From Bacillota bacterium (lineage in GTDB: Bacteria; Bacillota; Bacilli; ZCTH02-B2): 64,000 bases of DNA. This document shows, piece by piece, positions 40,782-50,199 of the stretch. Location of the stretch: the NCBI GenBank assembly GCA_017577895.2, contig PKQY02000005.1:2336-66335 (forward strand), read 5' to 3'. The notes below the pieces were generated by a model. The model saw nothing but the letters and a program-made list of their open reading frames with translations, was not told where the DNA came from and did no database searches. The position numbers and the translations under genes were made by a program. The first letter of the stretch is position 1; every line of letters begins with the position of its first letter.

Positions 40782-42311
40782 CTACTTTGCAAAGACACGG
40801 AGCTTGTTCAGGCCTTTCGCCTCCCGCTCCTGATAAACCTTCTGTCCTTCCTGCAACACTGCCCGGAACTGCTGCTGCTTTTCTGCCGGGACAGGCTTTG
40901 TGAACAAGCTGACGATATAGGCGACCAGCAGGTTGGCTGCCAACGCCCAAGCTGCCGAATGGATTCCGAGCGGATACGGCCACACCTGATAGGTTAAAAA
41001 CACGGTGATCATCCCCACCACCAGACCGGTATTCACCCCCGCAGGCGTCAGGCGACGCCAATAGAGCATGCCCAAAAGGGCCGGCACGGTCTGCAAGCCA
41101 AAAGCGGTGGCCAAACCGCCAATCAAGGCAATGACATCCCGTGTCGTCATCGCGAAAAACAAGCCGATGACCACCACGAACACCACCATGAATCGCCCGA
41201 AATGGATCTGCTGCTTGGGAGTTGCATCCTTGTTGATGTATTGTTTGTACACATCCCGCGACAGGAGCGAGCTGATGGATGCAAGATAGGCGTCTGCCGT
41301 CGAGTTCATGGCAGCAAAAATGCCAATCGCCGTCAACAAGGCCAAACCGGTCGGCATCAACTCCGCCATGATCATAGGCGTCAGGGCATCCGTTCTTTCC
41401 AGCGCGCCAAAAAGAATGCGGCCGCCGCCGCCAATAATCGGCGAAAGGATGAAATAGTAAAAACCGGCGATCATGGACATGATGACAAGCAATTGCCAGC
41501 GAAAGATCCGAGGACTCCGGGCACTGAACGCCCACATGGTGTAAACCGGCGAGGTGTAAATTCCCACCGTGGCAATGGCGTACGTCAAGACAAAGGGCCA
41601 TCCCCAGGCACCGTTTTCACCGGGGAGCAGGCGCCAGCTTTCCGGCAACTCCTGAATGCCCTGTAAGATCCCGGCAAAACCGCCCGGAACATTGGCCAGC
41701 ACCACGCCGGCCAGGATAAAAATCCCGAGGACAAGGAGCACACCCTGAAACGTGTCGGTAATGGCCGCCGCCCTTAAACCCCCGAGAAAGACGTAAATCA
41801 CCACTACGGCAGCCATTAGAAGGGTCCCGAGGGTGAAATTGACCGCGCCCCCGGTCAACACTTCGAACACGGTCCCCCCACCAATCAACTGCATGGCGCT
41901 GTAGGGGATGACATACAGCACGCCCAGGATGACCATCAGGATGCGCGTCAAATCCCCGTAATAGGCTCCAAACATCTCACCCGGCGTCATAAAACCGAAC
42001 CTTTTTCCGAACAGCCACTGCTGTCCGAAGAAAAACAGGGCAACCATCGCCATGAAGACCACATGAGAATAGTTCGCCACATAAGCCAAGCCAACAGCTG
42101 CGGCCTGTCCCTGATGACCGAGCATCAGCCAAGCGCTCTGAGCCGTCGCCAGCATGGACAATCCGAGAATGATCGGCCCCAGGCTTCGTCCGGCCAGAAA
42201 ATACTCGGCCGGATCGATGCTTCCTTTGCGGTAGCTAAACACACCGACGAGAATGCAAAATAACCAATATACAATGACACCAACCAGCAACCACGTAGTA
42301 AAGGAATCCAT
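40782..42311 (-). CDS. Sodium:solute symporter (SSS family)
   Basis: 509 aa, about 13 TM, with typical SSS N-terminus ...YFLAGRSLGPI. Confidence 0.9.
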   Translation of the reverse strand: MDSFTTWLLVGVIVYWLFCILVGVFSYRKGSIDPAEYFLAGRSLGPIILGLSMLATAQSAWLMLGHQGQAAAVGLAYVANYSHVVFMAMVALFFFGQQWLFGKRFGFMTPGEMFGAYYGDLTRILMVILGVLYVIPYSAMQLIGGGTVFEVLTGGAVNFTLGTLLMAAVVVIYVFLGGLRAAAITDTFQGVLLVLGIFILAGVVLANVPGGFAGILQGIQELPESWRLLPGENGAWGWPFVLTYAIATVGIYTSPVYTMWAFSARSPRIFRWQLLVIMSMIAGFYYFILSPIIGGGGRILFGALERTDALTPMIMAELMPTGLALLTAIGIFAAMNSTADAYLASISSLLSRDVYKQYINKDATPKQQIHFGRFMVVFVVVIGLFFAMTTRDVIALIGGLATAFGLQTVPALLGMLYWRRLTPAGVNTGLVVGMITVFLTYQVWPYPLGIHSAAWALAANLLVAYIVSLFTKPVPAEKQQQFRAVLQEGQKVYQEREAKGLNKLRVFAK

Positions 42312-42379
42312 AAGCCTTCACCTTCCGCTCATATCATTCTGTTTGCATCCGCTTGAAGCAGGACGTATCTATAGCGCCT

Positions 42380-42649
42380 TCAGGCCTGGATGCTATCGGA
42401 TATATCGGCTTTGATTGGTTGTGCATACTCCTCTTCCCGAATCTCCACATTGGTACAGGTCAATTTGTAGCCCGCCACATAGACCAAAACGATCCCTATC
42501 AACCAACCAAGGATGGCTCCCACCCAGAGCAATGGCATGCCGAACACGGTGACGTCAAAGTTAAAAAACAACAGTCCCGGCCCCAAAAAGAGAAGGGCCC
42601 AAATCACCGCAACAATCATCCAGATTTTGTCGCGTCGGCTGACGATCAT
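42380..42649 (-). CDS. DUF3311-like small membrane protein paired with the SSS transporter
   Basis: 89 aa, 2 TM, immediately upstream of the symporter as is usual for DUF3311. Confidence 0.6.
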   Translation of the reverse strand: MIVSRRDKIWMIVAVIWALLFLGPGLLFFNFDVTVFGMPLLWVGAILGWLIGIVLVYVAGYKLTCTNVEIREEEYAQPIKADISDSIQA

Positions 42650-42708
42650 GATTCCATCCTCCTTGGATTCACAATTGTCTCAGCCCGGTTTTACTAATGC
42701 ATATTTGG

Positions 42709-42993
42709 TTATCCGGTGCGATATGTTTCGCGCAATACCCGCATCAGCACTTTTCCGGCGGCATTGCGGGGCAGCGCCTCCACAAATTTCACTTTCCGCG
42801 GCTTCTTGTAAGAAGCCAAGAGGAAATTCCACATGGCCGGGACGAGAAACACGTCGTTGATCTTTTCTTCCTGGATGGTTTTCAACACTTCCACCGGCTC
42901 ACAAATACCATTCAATCGACCAAAAGTAAATAATATTTTTAAATGTCTATCTTTATTTTTTTGTCTGATATTTCTTCCGTCAAGTTCCGACAT
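42709..42993 (-). pseudogene. Internally deleted remnant of an AMP-dependent acyl-CoA synthetase/ligase
   Basis: ...EPVEVLKTIQEEKINDVFLVPAMWNFLL (mid AMP-binding region) is fused directly to the extreme C-terminus YKKPRKVKFVEALPRNAAGKVLMRVLRE. About 200 aa, including the core motifs, are absent. The 5' part lies in an AT-rich patch. Confidence 0.6.
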
Positions 42994-43058
42994 CGTTCGG
43001 GGCCGCCCATGGACAAATTATGTGGTAAAATGGTAACAAGCAGAAAGGAGGCAGACCG

Positions 43059-43232
43059 ATGTTTGTATTAGGCATTTTGTTGGCTCTGGTTGTCGGTGCC
43101 TTGATCGGCGTCGGCATTGCCCGTTGGGAAGCGTCCCGGCGCGTGCCGGTGAATGAAGACGTGATTCGCGAAAAATGGGAAGCCCGCAACGAATATCAAC
43201 GGGAAAAAGCGACGCGAAACCACTACCAATAA
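43059..43232 (+). CDS. Unlisted 57-aa single-TM protein (hypothetical)
   Basis: SD AAAGGAGG, 7 nt, then ATG. Translation: MFVLGILLALVVGALIGVGIARWEASRRVPVNEDVIREKWEARNEYQREKATRNHYQ. Below the track cutoff. Confidence 0.5.
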   Translation: MFVLGILLALVVGALIGVGIARWEASRRVPVNEDVIREKWEARNEYQREKATRNHYQ

Positions 43233-43366
43233 ACACCTTTTCAAGATGCGCCCGCAAAAGGGCAGCCACATGTATCCGATGAGCGATGTTCAGACGACTT
43301 CTCACCAATCATGCGAATCTTTGATATGACCGGGTTTTGTATGGCCGAAAGGAACGGTGACATCCG

Positions 43367-43867
43367 TTGGAACACGCATTGCCAACCTATCCGCTGGTCG
43401 GGGTCATTATGGGCAGCACCTCCGACTGGGAAACGATGAAGGCCGCCTGCGCCATTTTGGACGAGTTAGGAATTCCGTATGAAAAGAAAGTCGTCTCTGC
43501 CCATCGCACGCCTGACTGGATGTTCCAATATGCCGAGACGGCCCATGAACGGGGCCTGGAAGTGATCATCGCCGGGGCGGGGGGAGCCGCCCACTTGCCG
43601 GGTATGGTCGCATCGAAAACCGTGTTGCCCGTCATCGGCGTTCCGGTAAAAACATCGACGCTGAACGGCATGGATTCATTGCTTTCCATTGTCCAAATGC
43701 CCGGCGGCGTACCGGTGGGGACCATGGCCATCGGACAAGCCGGAGCCACCAATGCCGGCTTGTATGCCGCCCACATATTGGGCAACAAATATCCCATTAT
43801 CCGCGAACGGCTGATACAGCGACGGAAAGCCATCGAAAAACAAGTGTTGGAATCCACATTGGAATAG
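43367..43867 (+). CDS. purE: N5-carboxyaminoimidazole ribonucleotide mutase
   Basis: [18 protein letters not shown] and [13 protein letters not shown] motifs. Confidence 0.96.
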   Translation: MEHALPTYPLVGVIMGSTSDWETMKAACAILDELGIPYEKKVVSAHRTPDWMFQYAETAHERGLEVIIAGAGGAAHLPGMVASKTVLPVIGVPVKTSTLNGMDSLLSIVQMPGGVPVGTMAIGQAGATNAGLYAAHILGNKYPIIRERLIQRRKAIEKQVLESTLE

Positions 43868-43943
43868 ATGAACAGCGCAGGAATGAATAGCACGAATTGA
43901 TTCAACCGCAATCGAATCCAACAGAAGGAGAGAATTCGCCCAC

Positions 43944-45134
43944 ATGGCGCAAACATCGCAATACCGGATCATCCAGCCCGGTTCCACCATCGGCATTCTC
44001 GGCGGCGGACAACTGGGGCGCATGATGGCCCTGGCGGCGCGGGAAATGGGGTATCGTATCGCCTGTCTCGATCCGCAAACCGATTCCCCTTGCGGCCAGG
44101 TGGCCGATTTCGCCTACACCGGGGCCTTTGACGACATCGAGACGGCCCTTGAAATGGCCCAGCATTGCGATGTCATCACGTATGAGTTTGAAAACGTGGA
44201 CGACGCCATGGTGGAGGCGCTCCAACAAAAGCACTATCTCCCCCAAGGCAAAGACATTCTCGCCATCACTCGCCATCGCATACGGGAAAAATCGACACTG
44301 GCATCTTTAGGCATTCCGGTGGCCCCGTTCCGTCCCGTACAGACGTTGTCCCAGTTGAACGAAGCGTTGGCCGAGCTGGGAACGCCGGCAGTCCTGAAAA
44401 CCGCCTTGGGAGGATATGACGGCAAAGGACAGGCCGTCATCCGGACGCCGGAAGAAGCGCCGGCCGCCTGGGAGCGCTTGTCGGCGCTATGCCCGGAACT
44501 GATTTTGGAACAGTGGATCCCCTTTGACAAAGAGATTTCGGTCATCGCCGCCCGGGGCACCAACGGTGAAGTACGTTGTTTCCCTCCGGCAGAAAACATC
44601 CATCAAAACGGCATTTTGCGCCTGTCCATGGCACCGGCCCGCATTTCACCGGCGTTGCAGGAAGAAGCGGAACGACTGGCCCGGGCCATCGCCGAAGGCA
44701 TGAACGTCTACGGGCTCATTGCCGTGGAAATGTTCGTAACGCAAGAGGAGCGCCTGTTGGTCAACGAGCTGGCGCCCCGCCCCCACAACTCGGGCCATTA
44801 CACGCAAGAAGCCTGCGTCACGTCACAATTCGAACAACACGTCCGGGCCATCTGCGGACTCCCGCTCGGGTCCGCCCGCCTGATGTCGCCAGTGGTCATG
44901 CTCAACTTGCTGGGAGATGAACCGGAGAAGGTACTCCAACACTGGCCGGTTTATCCAACGGAAGCCAAATTGCACCTGTACGGCAAAAAAGAGGCCCGTC
45001 CCGGCCGCAAAATGGGCCACATCAATGTGCTGGCCCCTTCTTTGGAAGAAGCGTTGGAGACGGTGCTCCTATACGCCGAGAAGTTGTCCATCCCATTGCC
45101 GCCCGTCGCCAAAACTGAAACATGTCACGGATAA
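43944..45134 (+). CDS. purK: N5-carboxyaminoimidazole ribonucleotide synthase (ATP-grasp)
   Basis: IGILGGGQLGRMM, GYDGKGQ and ELAPRPHNSGH motifs; follows purE. Confidence 0.95.
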   Translation: MAQTSQYRIIQPGSTIGILGGGQLGRMMALAAREMGYRIACLDPQTDSPCGQVADFAYTGAFDDIETALEMAQHCDVITYEFENVDDAMVEALQQKHYLPQGKDILAITRHRIREKSTLASLGIPVAPFRPVQTLSQLNEALAELGTPAVLKTALGGYDGKGQAVIRTPEEAPAAWERLSALCPELILEQWIPFDKEISVIAARGTNGEVRCFPPAENIHQNGILRLSMAPARISPALQEEAERLARAIAEGMNVYGLIAVEMFVTQEERLLVNELAPRPHNSGHYTQEACVTSQFEQHVRAICGLPLGSARLMSPVVMLNLLGDEPEKVLQHWPVYPTEAKLHLYGKKEARPGRKMGHINVLAPSLEEALETVLLYAEKLSIPLPPVAKTETCHG

Positions 45135-45157
45135 AACTCGTGAGATAAAACTCGTGA
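45130..45157. repeat. Perfect 14-bp tandem duplication spanning the purK stop codon
   Basis: GATAAAACTCGTGA occurs twice back to back; the first copy contains the TAA stop. Confidence 0.9.
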
Positions 45158-45204
45158 AACGAACGGAGTGGTTACAGGTTAAAAGAAATAAAAGCTCTCA
45201 GACG

Positions 45205-45241
45205 AAAAAAACCGGCAGCTCAACCGTCCTGCCGGTTTTTT
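45205..45241. terminator. Bidirectional intrinsic terminator between purK and the thiamin salvage operon
   Basis: AAAAAA-ACCGGCAG-ctcaaccgtc-CTGCCGGT-TTTTT. Confidence 0.85.
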
Positions 45242-45243
45242 CA

Positions 45244-46275
45244 TTATTCCACCAAATTCACGACGAGCTCCTCCACATCCGGTTTCCGCTCAATGACGCC
45301 TTCCTGATGAAGCCACTGGATCACTTGTTCCCACACCGACACGTCTTGATAACCGAAGGGTTGGTCCCCGGCATCCATCAACGGCAACAGCACCTCCAAG
45401 CTTTGCCGTTCGATGTCTTCTTCCAGCGTAAATACGTCGCTTTGTTGCCGGAACAATACTTCCAGGGCCTCTTCCGGTGCGGCCACGACGTCGGTGTATC
45501 CCCGTTGAGCCGCCCGCCAGAAAGCGGTAATGGCCTCCCGTTTTTCTGCCAACGTGTCCGGACTGGTCACCACGATGAGCTCGTAATAGTCCGGAACACC
45601 GTATTGCACCGGGGCGATGACCCGAACGGGAACACCGTGTTTTTCCAGCAACAGTTTTTCATGATTGATATATCCGCCCAATACCGCATCGACCCGTTGG
45701 GTGCTCAATGCCTGCATGATTTCCCAACCGACATCCTGTACGCGCACTTGATCCGGATCCCCGCCATCGGCCTTCACCATCGTCTTCAACACCGCCTCGT
45801 TGGTCGGAACGGAGGGGTATCCGACAGTTCGCCCTTCCAGATCTTTAGGAGAACGAATGGGATGGTCGGCTCTGACCATCAACGCGTTCAACGGATGACG
45901 GACCACTGCTGCCACCGCTACACCGGGTACGCCTTCGGCCGCGGCCATGACCAACTGCGGTTGGTAACTGAATGCCAAATCCGCCTGATTGGCCGCCACC
46001 AGACGCAGCGGATCGTTGGTCTCCGACGGCATTTGAATTTCCACATCCAGTCCTTCATCGGCGAAATACCCTTTTTCCTTCGCGACATACAAAAACGCAT
46101 GTACCGCGTTCGGATACCAATCCAAAATCACGCGCAACTTTTGTGTTTCATCGGCCCGATCCGCCGGCATATCCATACCGCTCCCGCCACAGGCCGACAA
46201 CACGCCGGTGCAGACAATGAGAAACAACATCACAAACGCAAACGTTCGCCAACGGCCGGAAAATCTTATCCGCAC
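45244..46275 (-). CDS. thiY: NMT1/THI5-like ABC substrate-binding lipoprotein (ThiY-like, pyrimidine precursor binding)
   Basis: Lipobox LSACGG and NMT1/THI5-type SBP features; last gene of the riboswitch-controlled operon. Confidence 0.8.
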   Translation of the reverse strand: MRIRFSGRWRTFAFVMLFLIVCTGVLSACGGSGMDMPADRADETQKLRVILDWYPNAVHAFLYVAKEKGYFADEGLDVEIQMPSETNDPLRLVAANQADLAFSYQPQLVMAAAEGVPGVAVAAVVRHPLNALMVRADHPIRSPKDLEGRTVGYPSVPTNEAVLKTMVKADGGDPDQVRVQDVGWEIMQALSTQRVDAVLGGYINHEKLLLEKHGVPVRVIAPVQYGVPDYYELIVVTSPDTLAEKREAITAFWRAAQRGYTDVVAAPEEALEVLFRQQSDVFTLEEDIERQSLEVLLPLMDAGDQPFGYQDVSVWEQVIQWLHQEGVIERKPDVEELVVNLVE

Positions 46276-46278
46276 TAT

Positions 46279-47094
46279 TCATCCCCCCATTGGTTTGTCG
46301 AGGAGCGCCGCTTCTTCTTTCCGCCCGCTTTCCCGTTTCCATGGCATCGCTTGGCGTTCCAGCCATTGAATCAACAGAAACAACCCGATTCCGAGCAGCG
46401 ACAAGACGAAAATCGCAGCAAACAATGGCGCCGCCCGCACGCTGTGCGCCATTCGACGGCTAAAATACCCCAATCCTTCGTTGGCTCCCAGCCATTCTCC
46501 GATGGTCGCGCCGATTACGCTGACGACGGCGGCCATTTTCAAACCGGAAAAAAACATGGGCAACGCCGCCGGAACTTGTGCCTTCAAAAAAATTTGCCAG
46601 CGGTTGGCCCCCATCACCCGGAGCAAATCCATCCATTCAGAGTCGGCCCGCCGGAAACCATCGTACGTATTGACGACAATGGGAAAGAAACTGATCAAAA
46701 CCGTCACCGCCACTTTTCCCCAAACGGAGTAGCCAAACCAAAGAATGAACACCGGGGCCAGCGCGATGATGGGCAACGTCTGCGAAACAATGAGCAACGG
46801 ATAAAAAGTCCTTTCCGCTAACGGAAACAACGTCATCAACGCCGCCATGGCCACGCCCACGATCACCGAGATCAACAGCCCTAACGCGACAATCGACAAG
46901 GTGGCCGGCAGATGTACCGTCCACAGGACGTCGGCATGTTCCCACAACGCCACGGCGATGGCCGAAGGCGGCGGCAAAATAAAAGCGGGAACGTCCAATC
47001 CCCGAACCGCCGTCTCCCAAAGAAAGAGCATTGCCAAACAAAATCCCGCCGGCGCCCGATACGTCTTTATCCATTGCCGCCACCGCTCTCCCAT
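46279..47094 (-). CDS. thiX: ABC transporter permease (ThiX-like, SsuC/TauC family)
   Basis: 271 aa, 6 TM, binding-protein-dependent transport inner-membrane component. Confidence 0.85.
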   Translation of the reverse strand: MGERWRQWIKTYRAPAGFCLAMLFLWETAVRGLDVPAFILPPPSAIAVALWEHADVLWTVHLPATLSIVALGLLISVIVGVAMAALMTLFPLAERTFYPLLIVSQTLPIIALAPVFILWFGYSVWGKVAVTVLISFFPIVVNTYDGFRRADSEWMDLLRVMGANRWQIFLKAQVPAALPMFFSGLKMAAVVSVIGATIGEWLGANEGLGYFSRRMAHSVRAAPLFAAIFVLSLLGIGLFLLIQWLERQAMPWKRESGRKEEAALLDKPMGG

Positions 47095-47097
47095 GGT

Positions 47098-47898
47098 TTA
47101 TCCTCCTTCCCGTCCGACGTCCAGGCCTTCAACGGGAGTTCCAAATTCTTCGCCGATCAACGCCAGCAAACGGGATTTCAAAGCGACAAAGTCTTCGCTG
47201 GTTACCACGGACAACGGCCGCGGCCGGGGAAGGGGCACATCGACGACGTAAACGTCCGACAAGGGGCTGCCCCTCAACACACCGACGCGGTCCGAAAGCA
47301 ATATCGCCTCTTCCACATCGTGGGTAATGAACAAGACCGTTTTTTCCAACCGCTGCCACAACCCCAACAACCATTCCTGCATGCGAAGCCGGGTCAGCGC
47401 ATCCAAAGCCCCAAACGGCTCATCGAGCAAGAGCAGTTCGTGTTCGCCCAGCACGGTACGCAAAAAGGCCGCCCGCTGTCGCAACCCGCCGGATAATTGA
47501 TGCGGATAATGATCGGCTACTTCCTCCAAACCAAAAGCCGACAGAAATGACGAAGCGCGGCGCAAGGCGGCTTTCCGCCGCCATCCCTTTATCTCCAACG
47601 CGAGAGCGGCGTTTTGCCGCACCGTGCGCCAAGGCAACAGACTGTCCCGCTGGGGCATATACCCTACGCGGCCCAGCCGTTGCCGGAACGGCTCCCCGCG
47701 ATACAGAATCTCGCCCCCGTCCGGCTCCAAAAGTCCGGTAATCAGTTTGAAGAGGGTGCTTTTCCCGGAGCCGCTCGTTCCGATGAGCGAAAAAAATTCG
47801 CCCTCCCGGACGTCCAATGAAAAACCACGCAAGACGGGGAAGATTCTTCCGTCATGCCGGAATGCAAAATCCACATCCCGCAATGAAAGCAACGTCAT
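47098..47898 (-). CDS. thiZ: ABC transporter ATP-binding protein (ThiZ-like)
   Basis: GTSGSGKST, LSGGLRQRAA and LLLDEPF motifs. The ATG at 47898 is preferred over the track start at 47946. Confidence 0.88.
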   Translation of the reverse strand: MTLLSLRDVDFAFRHDGRIFPVLRGFSLDVREGEFFSLIGTSGSGKSTLFKLITGLLEPDGGEILYRGEPFRQRLGRVGYMPQRDSLLPWRTVRQNAALALEIKGWRRKAALRRASSFLSAFGLEEVADHYPHQLSGGLRQRAAFLRTVLGEHELLLLDEPFGALDALTRLRMQEWLLGLWQRLEKTVLFITHDVEEAILLSDRVGVLRGSPLSDVYVVDVPLPRPRPLSVVTSEDFVALKSRLLALIGEEFGTPVEGLDVGREGG

Positions 47899-47974
47899 CC
47901 CCACATTTTCCCTCGCGTCGTTCACCGATTTTCCCAGATGCGTCAATGCCGGAACTGTCCTGGTGACATTTTCC

Positions 47975-48640
47975 TCACACCGGCCACGTTTCCTGCTGCC
48001 ACGCTTTTTCCCAAAAGAGGTACTCGTAACGGCTGCTGGTCAAAAACAACTGGCGCAACCGTTCCTTGTGCCCTTCGTCCAACCCGCCGGCCAGCGCATC
48101 CAGCCGCTGCCGCATCATGTCCGCCAGGCGGCCAAAATCATCCGAAGAATACGTGGCAATCCAATCCTTATACGGTGACTTCTCCCAACCAGGTTCCCGA
48201 GCCAGACGGACGCCGATTTCGTGGTAACCCCACTGGCACGGCAGCACCGCCGCCAAAATGTCCGCCAGCGTTCCTTCATACGCGGTACGCACCAAATGGC
48301 TCGTATAGGCATATGCCGTCGGCGAGGGCACCGTCGCTTCCAGTTCCTCGCGGGAAATGCCGAATTCCGCAGCGTATTTCCGGTGCAATTCCATCTCCTC
48401 ATGCAACGTGGCATGCAGCAGCTGGGCAAACTCGTCCATGGTCTGCAAGTCGTGGGATTTGGCCGCGGCGATGGCAAACACCCGGCTGAAAGTGATCAAA
48501 TACACGTAATCTTGGCACAAGTAATACTGAAATGTCTCCAGAGGAAGCTCTCCCGTCACCAGCCCCCGCACAAACGGATGCTCCATTTCTTTTTGCCAAA
48601 TCGGTTCCGCCAAACGGCGCAATTCCATGGAAAACGACAT
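47975..48640 (-). CDS. tenA: Aminopyrimidine aminohydrolase / thiaminase II
   Basis: 221 aa, HPFVRGLVTGELPLETFQYYLCQDYVYL, TenA/PqqC-like family. Confidence 0.92.
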   Translation of the reverse strand: MSFSMELRRLAEPIWQKEMEHPFVRGLVTGELPLETFQYYLCQDYVYLITFSRVFAIAAAKSHDLQTMDEFAQLLHATLHEEMELHRKYAAEFGISREELEATVPSPTAYAYTSHLVRTAYEGTLADILAAVLPCQWGYHEIGVRLAREPGWEKSPYKDWIATYSSDDFGRLADMMRQRLDALAGGLDEGHKERLRQLFLTSSRYEYLFWEKAWQQETWPV

Positions 48641-48749
48641 CGAAATCCTCTCCCTTCCAAATGTTCATTTTCATCCGTGATCTGCCGGTTTCCGGACGCC
48701 GGCGCCTCCGGGCGCTCGCAACCGACATGCCCGTCACCCACACCACCCG

Positions 48750-50003
48750 TCATCCACACCACCGTTCGATAAACCGCACCAGCGTCTCCGTGTACCGCAA
48801 CAAGTCCTCCCAAGCCACGCTTTCATTGACGGCGTGGGCTTCTTTAAGAGAACCGGGGCCGTACAACACCGTCGGAATGCCGGCCCGGCCGAGCCACCCG
48901 GCGTCGGTGACGGTCGGGGACATGTCGCAAACGGCCGGCTCGCCTAAAACACACTCGTGCGTTTCCCGGAGAAGCCGCACCCCCGGATGATTCCAGTCCA
49001 CTTCCAAGGCCGGAAAAATCTCGCCTTTTTCTTCGATCATGGACCGGCCGCCCCAGCGGAACCGGGGCGGATGATGCCGCAGCCACGGGTCCGCCGCCGC
49101 CGTCCGCAACACGTGGTCCTCCACTTCCCGGGCCACCTGCTCGTACGTTTCATTGGGATAAAAATGGACTGTGATCCAAAGCCGACACTGGTCGGCCACA
49201 AAAGCCGGATGGCGTCCCCCTTCAATGACCGCCGGGTTGATGGTGTTCATCCCCGGCGGAAAACCGGGATACGATTTGACCACGGCCCAATGGCGTTCCA
49301 GCTCCTGCAGCGCGGTGATGATTTTGGCCATTTTTTCGATGGCGCTGGCGCCAAATTGGCCTCCGCCTGCGTGAATCAATTTGGCGCGCATCCCGTCGTG
49401 AAACGTCTGCGGACTTTGAATTTCAATCCAGCCGGTGATGACTCCCCCTTGGCCTTGAATGTGCAAGTCGCTGGAATCCATGACGATGGCAAAATCGGCC
49501 GTATAGCCCCGCTCCAGGCACGCCTGGGTGCCGGCTTCCCCCACTTCTTCGCCGATGACCGATTGAAACAAGATGTCCCCCCGCGGCTGAAAACCGGCTT
49601 CCTTCAACAACGCCAGCGCCCACAAGCCGCAGGCCAGGCCCCCTTTCATGTCGGCCACGCCCCGGCCGTACAGGCGGCCATTTTTTTGCGTCAACACAAA
49701 GGGCGGCGTCTCCCACGCTTCCCCTTCCTCGAGGCTGGCCACATCCACGTGCCCGTTCAAAATGAGGCTGCGGCCGCCGCCGCTGCCCCGCCAGCGCCCG
49801 ACCACGTTATCGTCGTTAGGATACACTTCCCACTGATCTACTTCCAGACCGAGGCGTCGCAAAAAATCAGCGATATACTGTTGTGCCGGACGGGTGTTGC
49901 GGGCCGGCGGACTGACCGTCGGAAAAGCGATCAAATCTTTCAGCAAACGCTTGAGCTCCTCCCCTGCCGCTTCCACCCGTTGCCGCCATCGCTCTTGCCC
50001 CAT
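48750..50003 (-). CDS. ylmB: M20 (ArgE/DapE) family amidohydrolase, probable formylaminopyrimidine deformylase (YlmB-like)
   Basis: 417 aa M20 fold (LNGHVDV, GRGVADMKGG, EEVGEAG). First gene after the TPP riboswitch and directly upstream of tenA-thiZXY. Confidence 0.75.
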   Translation of the reverse strand: MGQERWRQRVEAAGEELKRLLKDLIAFPTVSPPARNTRPAQQYIADFLRRLGLEVDQWEVYPNDDNVVGRWRGSGGGRSLILNGHVDVASLEEGEAWETPPFVLTQKNGRLYGRGVADMKGGLACGLWALALLKEAGFQPRGDILFQSVIGEEVGEAGTQACLERGYTADFAIVMDSSDLHIQGQGGVITGWIEIQSPQTFHDGMRAKLIHAGGGQFGASAIEKMAKIITALQELERHWAVVKSYPGFPPGMNTINPAVIEGGRHPAFVADQCRLWITVHFYPNETYEQVAREVEDHVLRTAAADPWLRHHPPRFRWGGRSMIEEKGEIFPALEVDWNHPGVRLLRETHECVLGEPAVCDMSPTVTDAGWLGRAGIPTVLYGPGSLKEAHAVNESVAWEDLLRYTETLVRFIERWCG

Positions 50004-50046
50004 GGTTCATCCCTCCCCCGCGATTGGTCGTTTGGGCCATTTGGCC

Positions 50047-50074
50047 ACAAAAAAACCGCTCCCGTGGAGCGGTT
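50047..50074 (-). terminator. Riboswitch expression-platform terminator
   Basis: Minus strand AACCGCTCC-acg-GGAGCGGTT followed by TTTTTGTGG; lies 44 nt upstream of the ylmB-like start. Confidence 0.85.
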
Positions 50075-50199
50075 GCGTTGGTCGAATCGGCATAAAAGTC
50101 CCCTTGGCGGTCGGCATATACACGTGAGGTTCCGCCGTGGCGCACCCACCGGCCGCAAACCCATCGACCGCTAGGTCATGCCGAAGACCGGTGCATCCC

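Noticed and set aside
43233-43366. Expected purine (G-box) or ZTP riboswitch, or PurBox, upstream of purE; the leader of the nucleobase permease (28606-28731) was also checked
   Set aside because: I could not find the conserved purine-aptamer blocks (..UAUAAU..GGAUAUGG..CCGUAAA..GACUA) or ZTP blocks. Only short local repeats are present (ATATCATCGA x2, TCGAA-atga-TTCGA).
44917-46821. 634-aa plus-strand ORF starting inside purK and running antisense through thiY and thiX
   Set aside because: It crosses a strong bidirectional terminator and two well-supported minus-strand genes, and has no motifs. It is a shadow ORF.
48641-48749. THI-box-like strings in the ylmB-tenA spacer (GGGTGAC.., GGTTGCGAGCGCCC, GATCACGGATGAAAATG, GGAAGGGA), possibly a second or decayed TPP riboswitch
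   Set aside because: The invariant CUGAGA and ACCUGAUCUGG.UAAU.CC blocks are not intact, and no P1 helix or terminator could be drawn. The real, canonical riboswitch sits upstream of ylmB at 50200-50293. A cmsearch with RF00059 would settle whether it is a relic.
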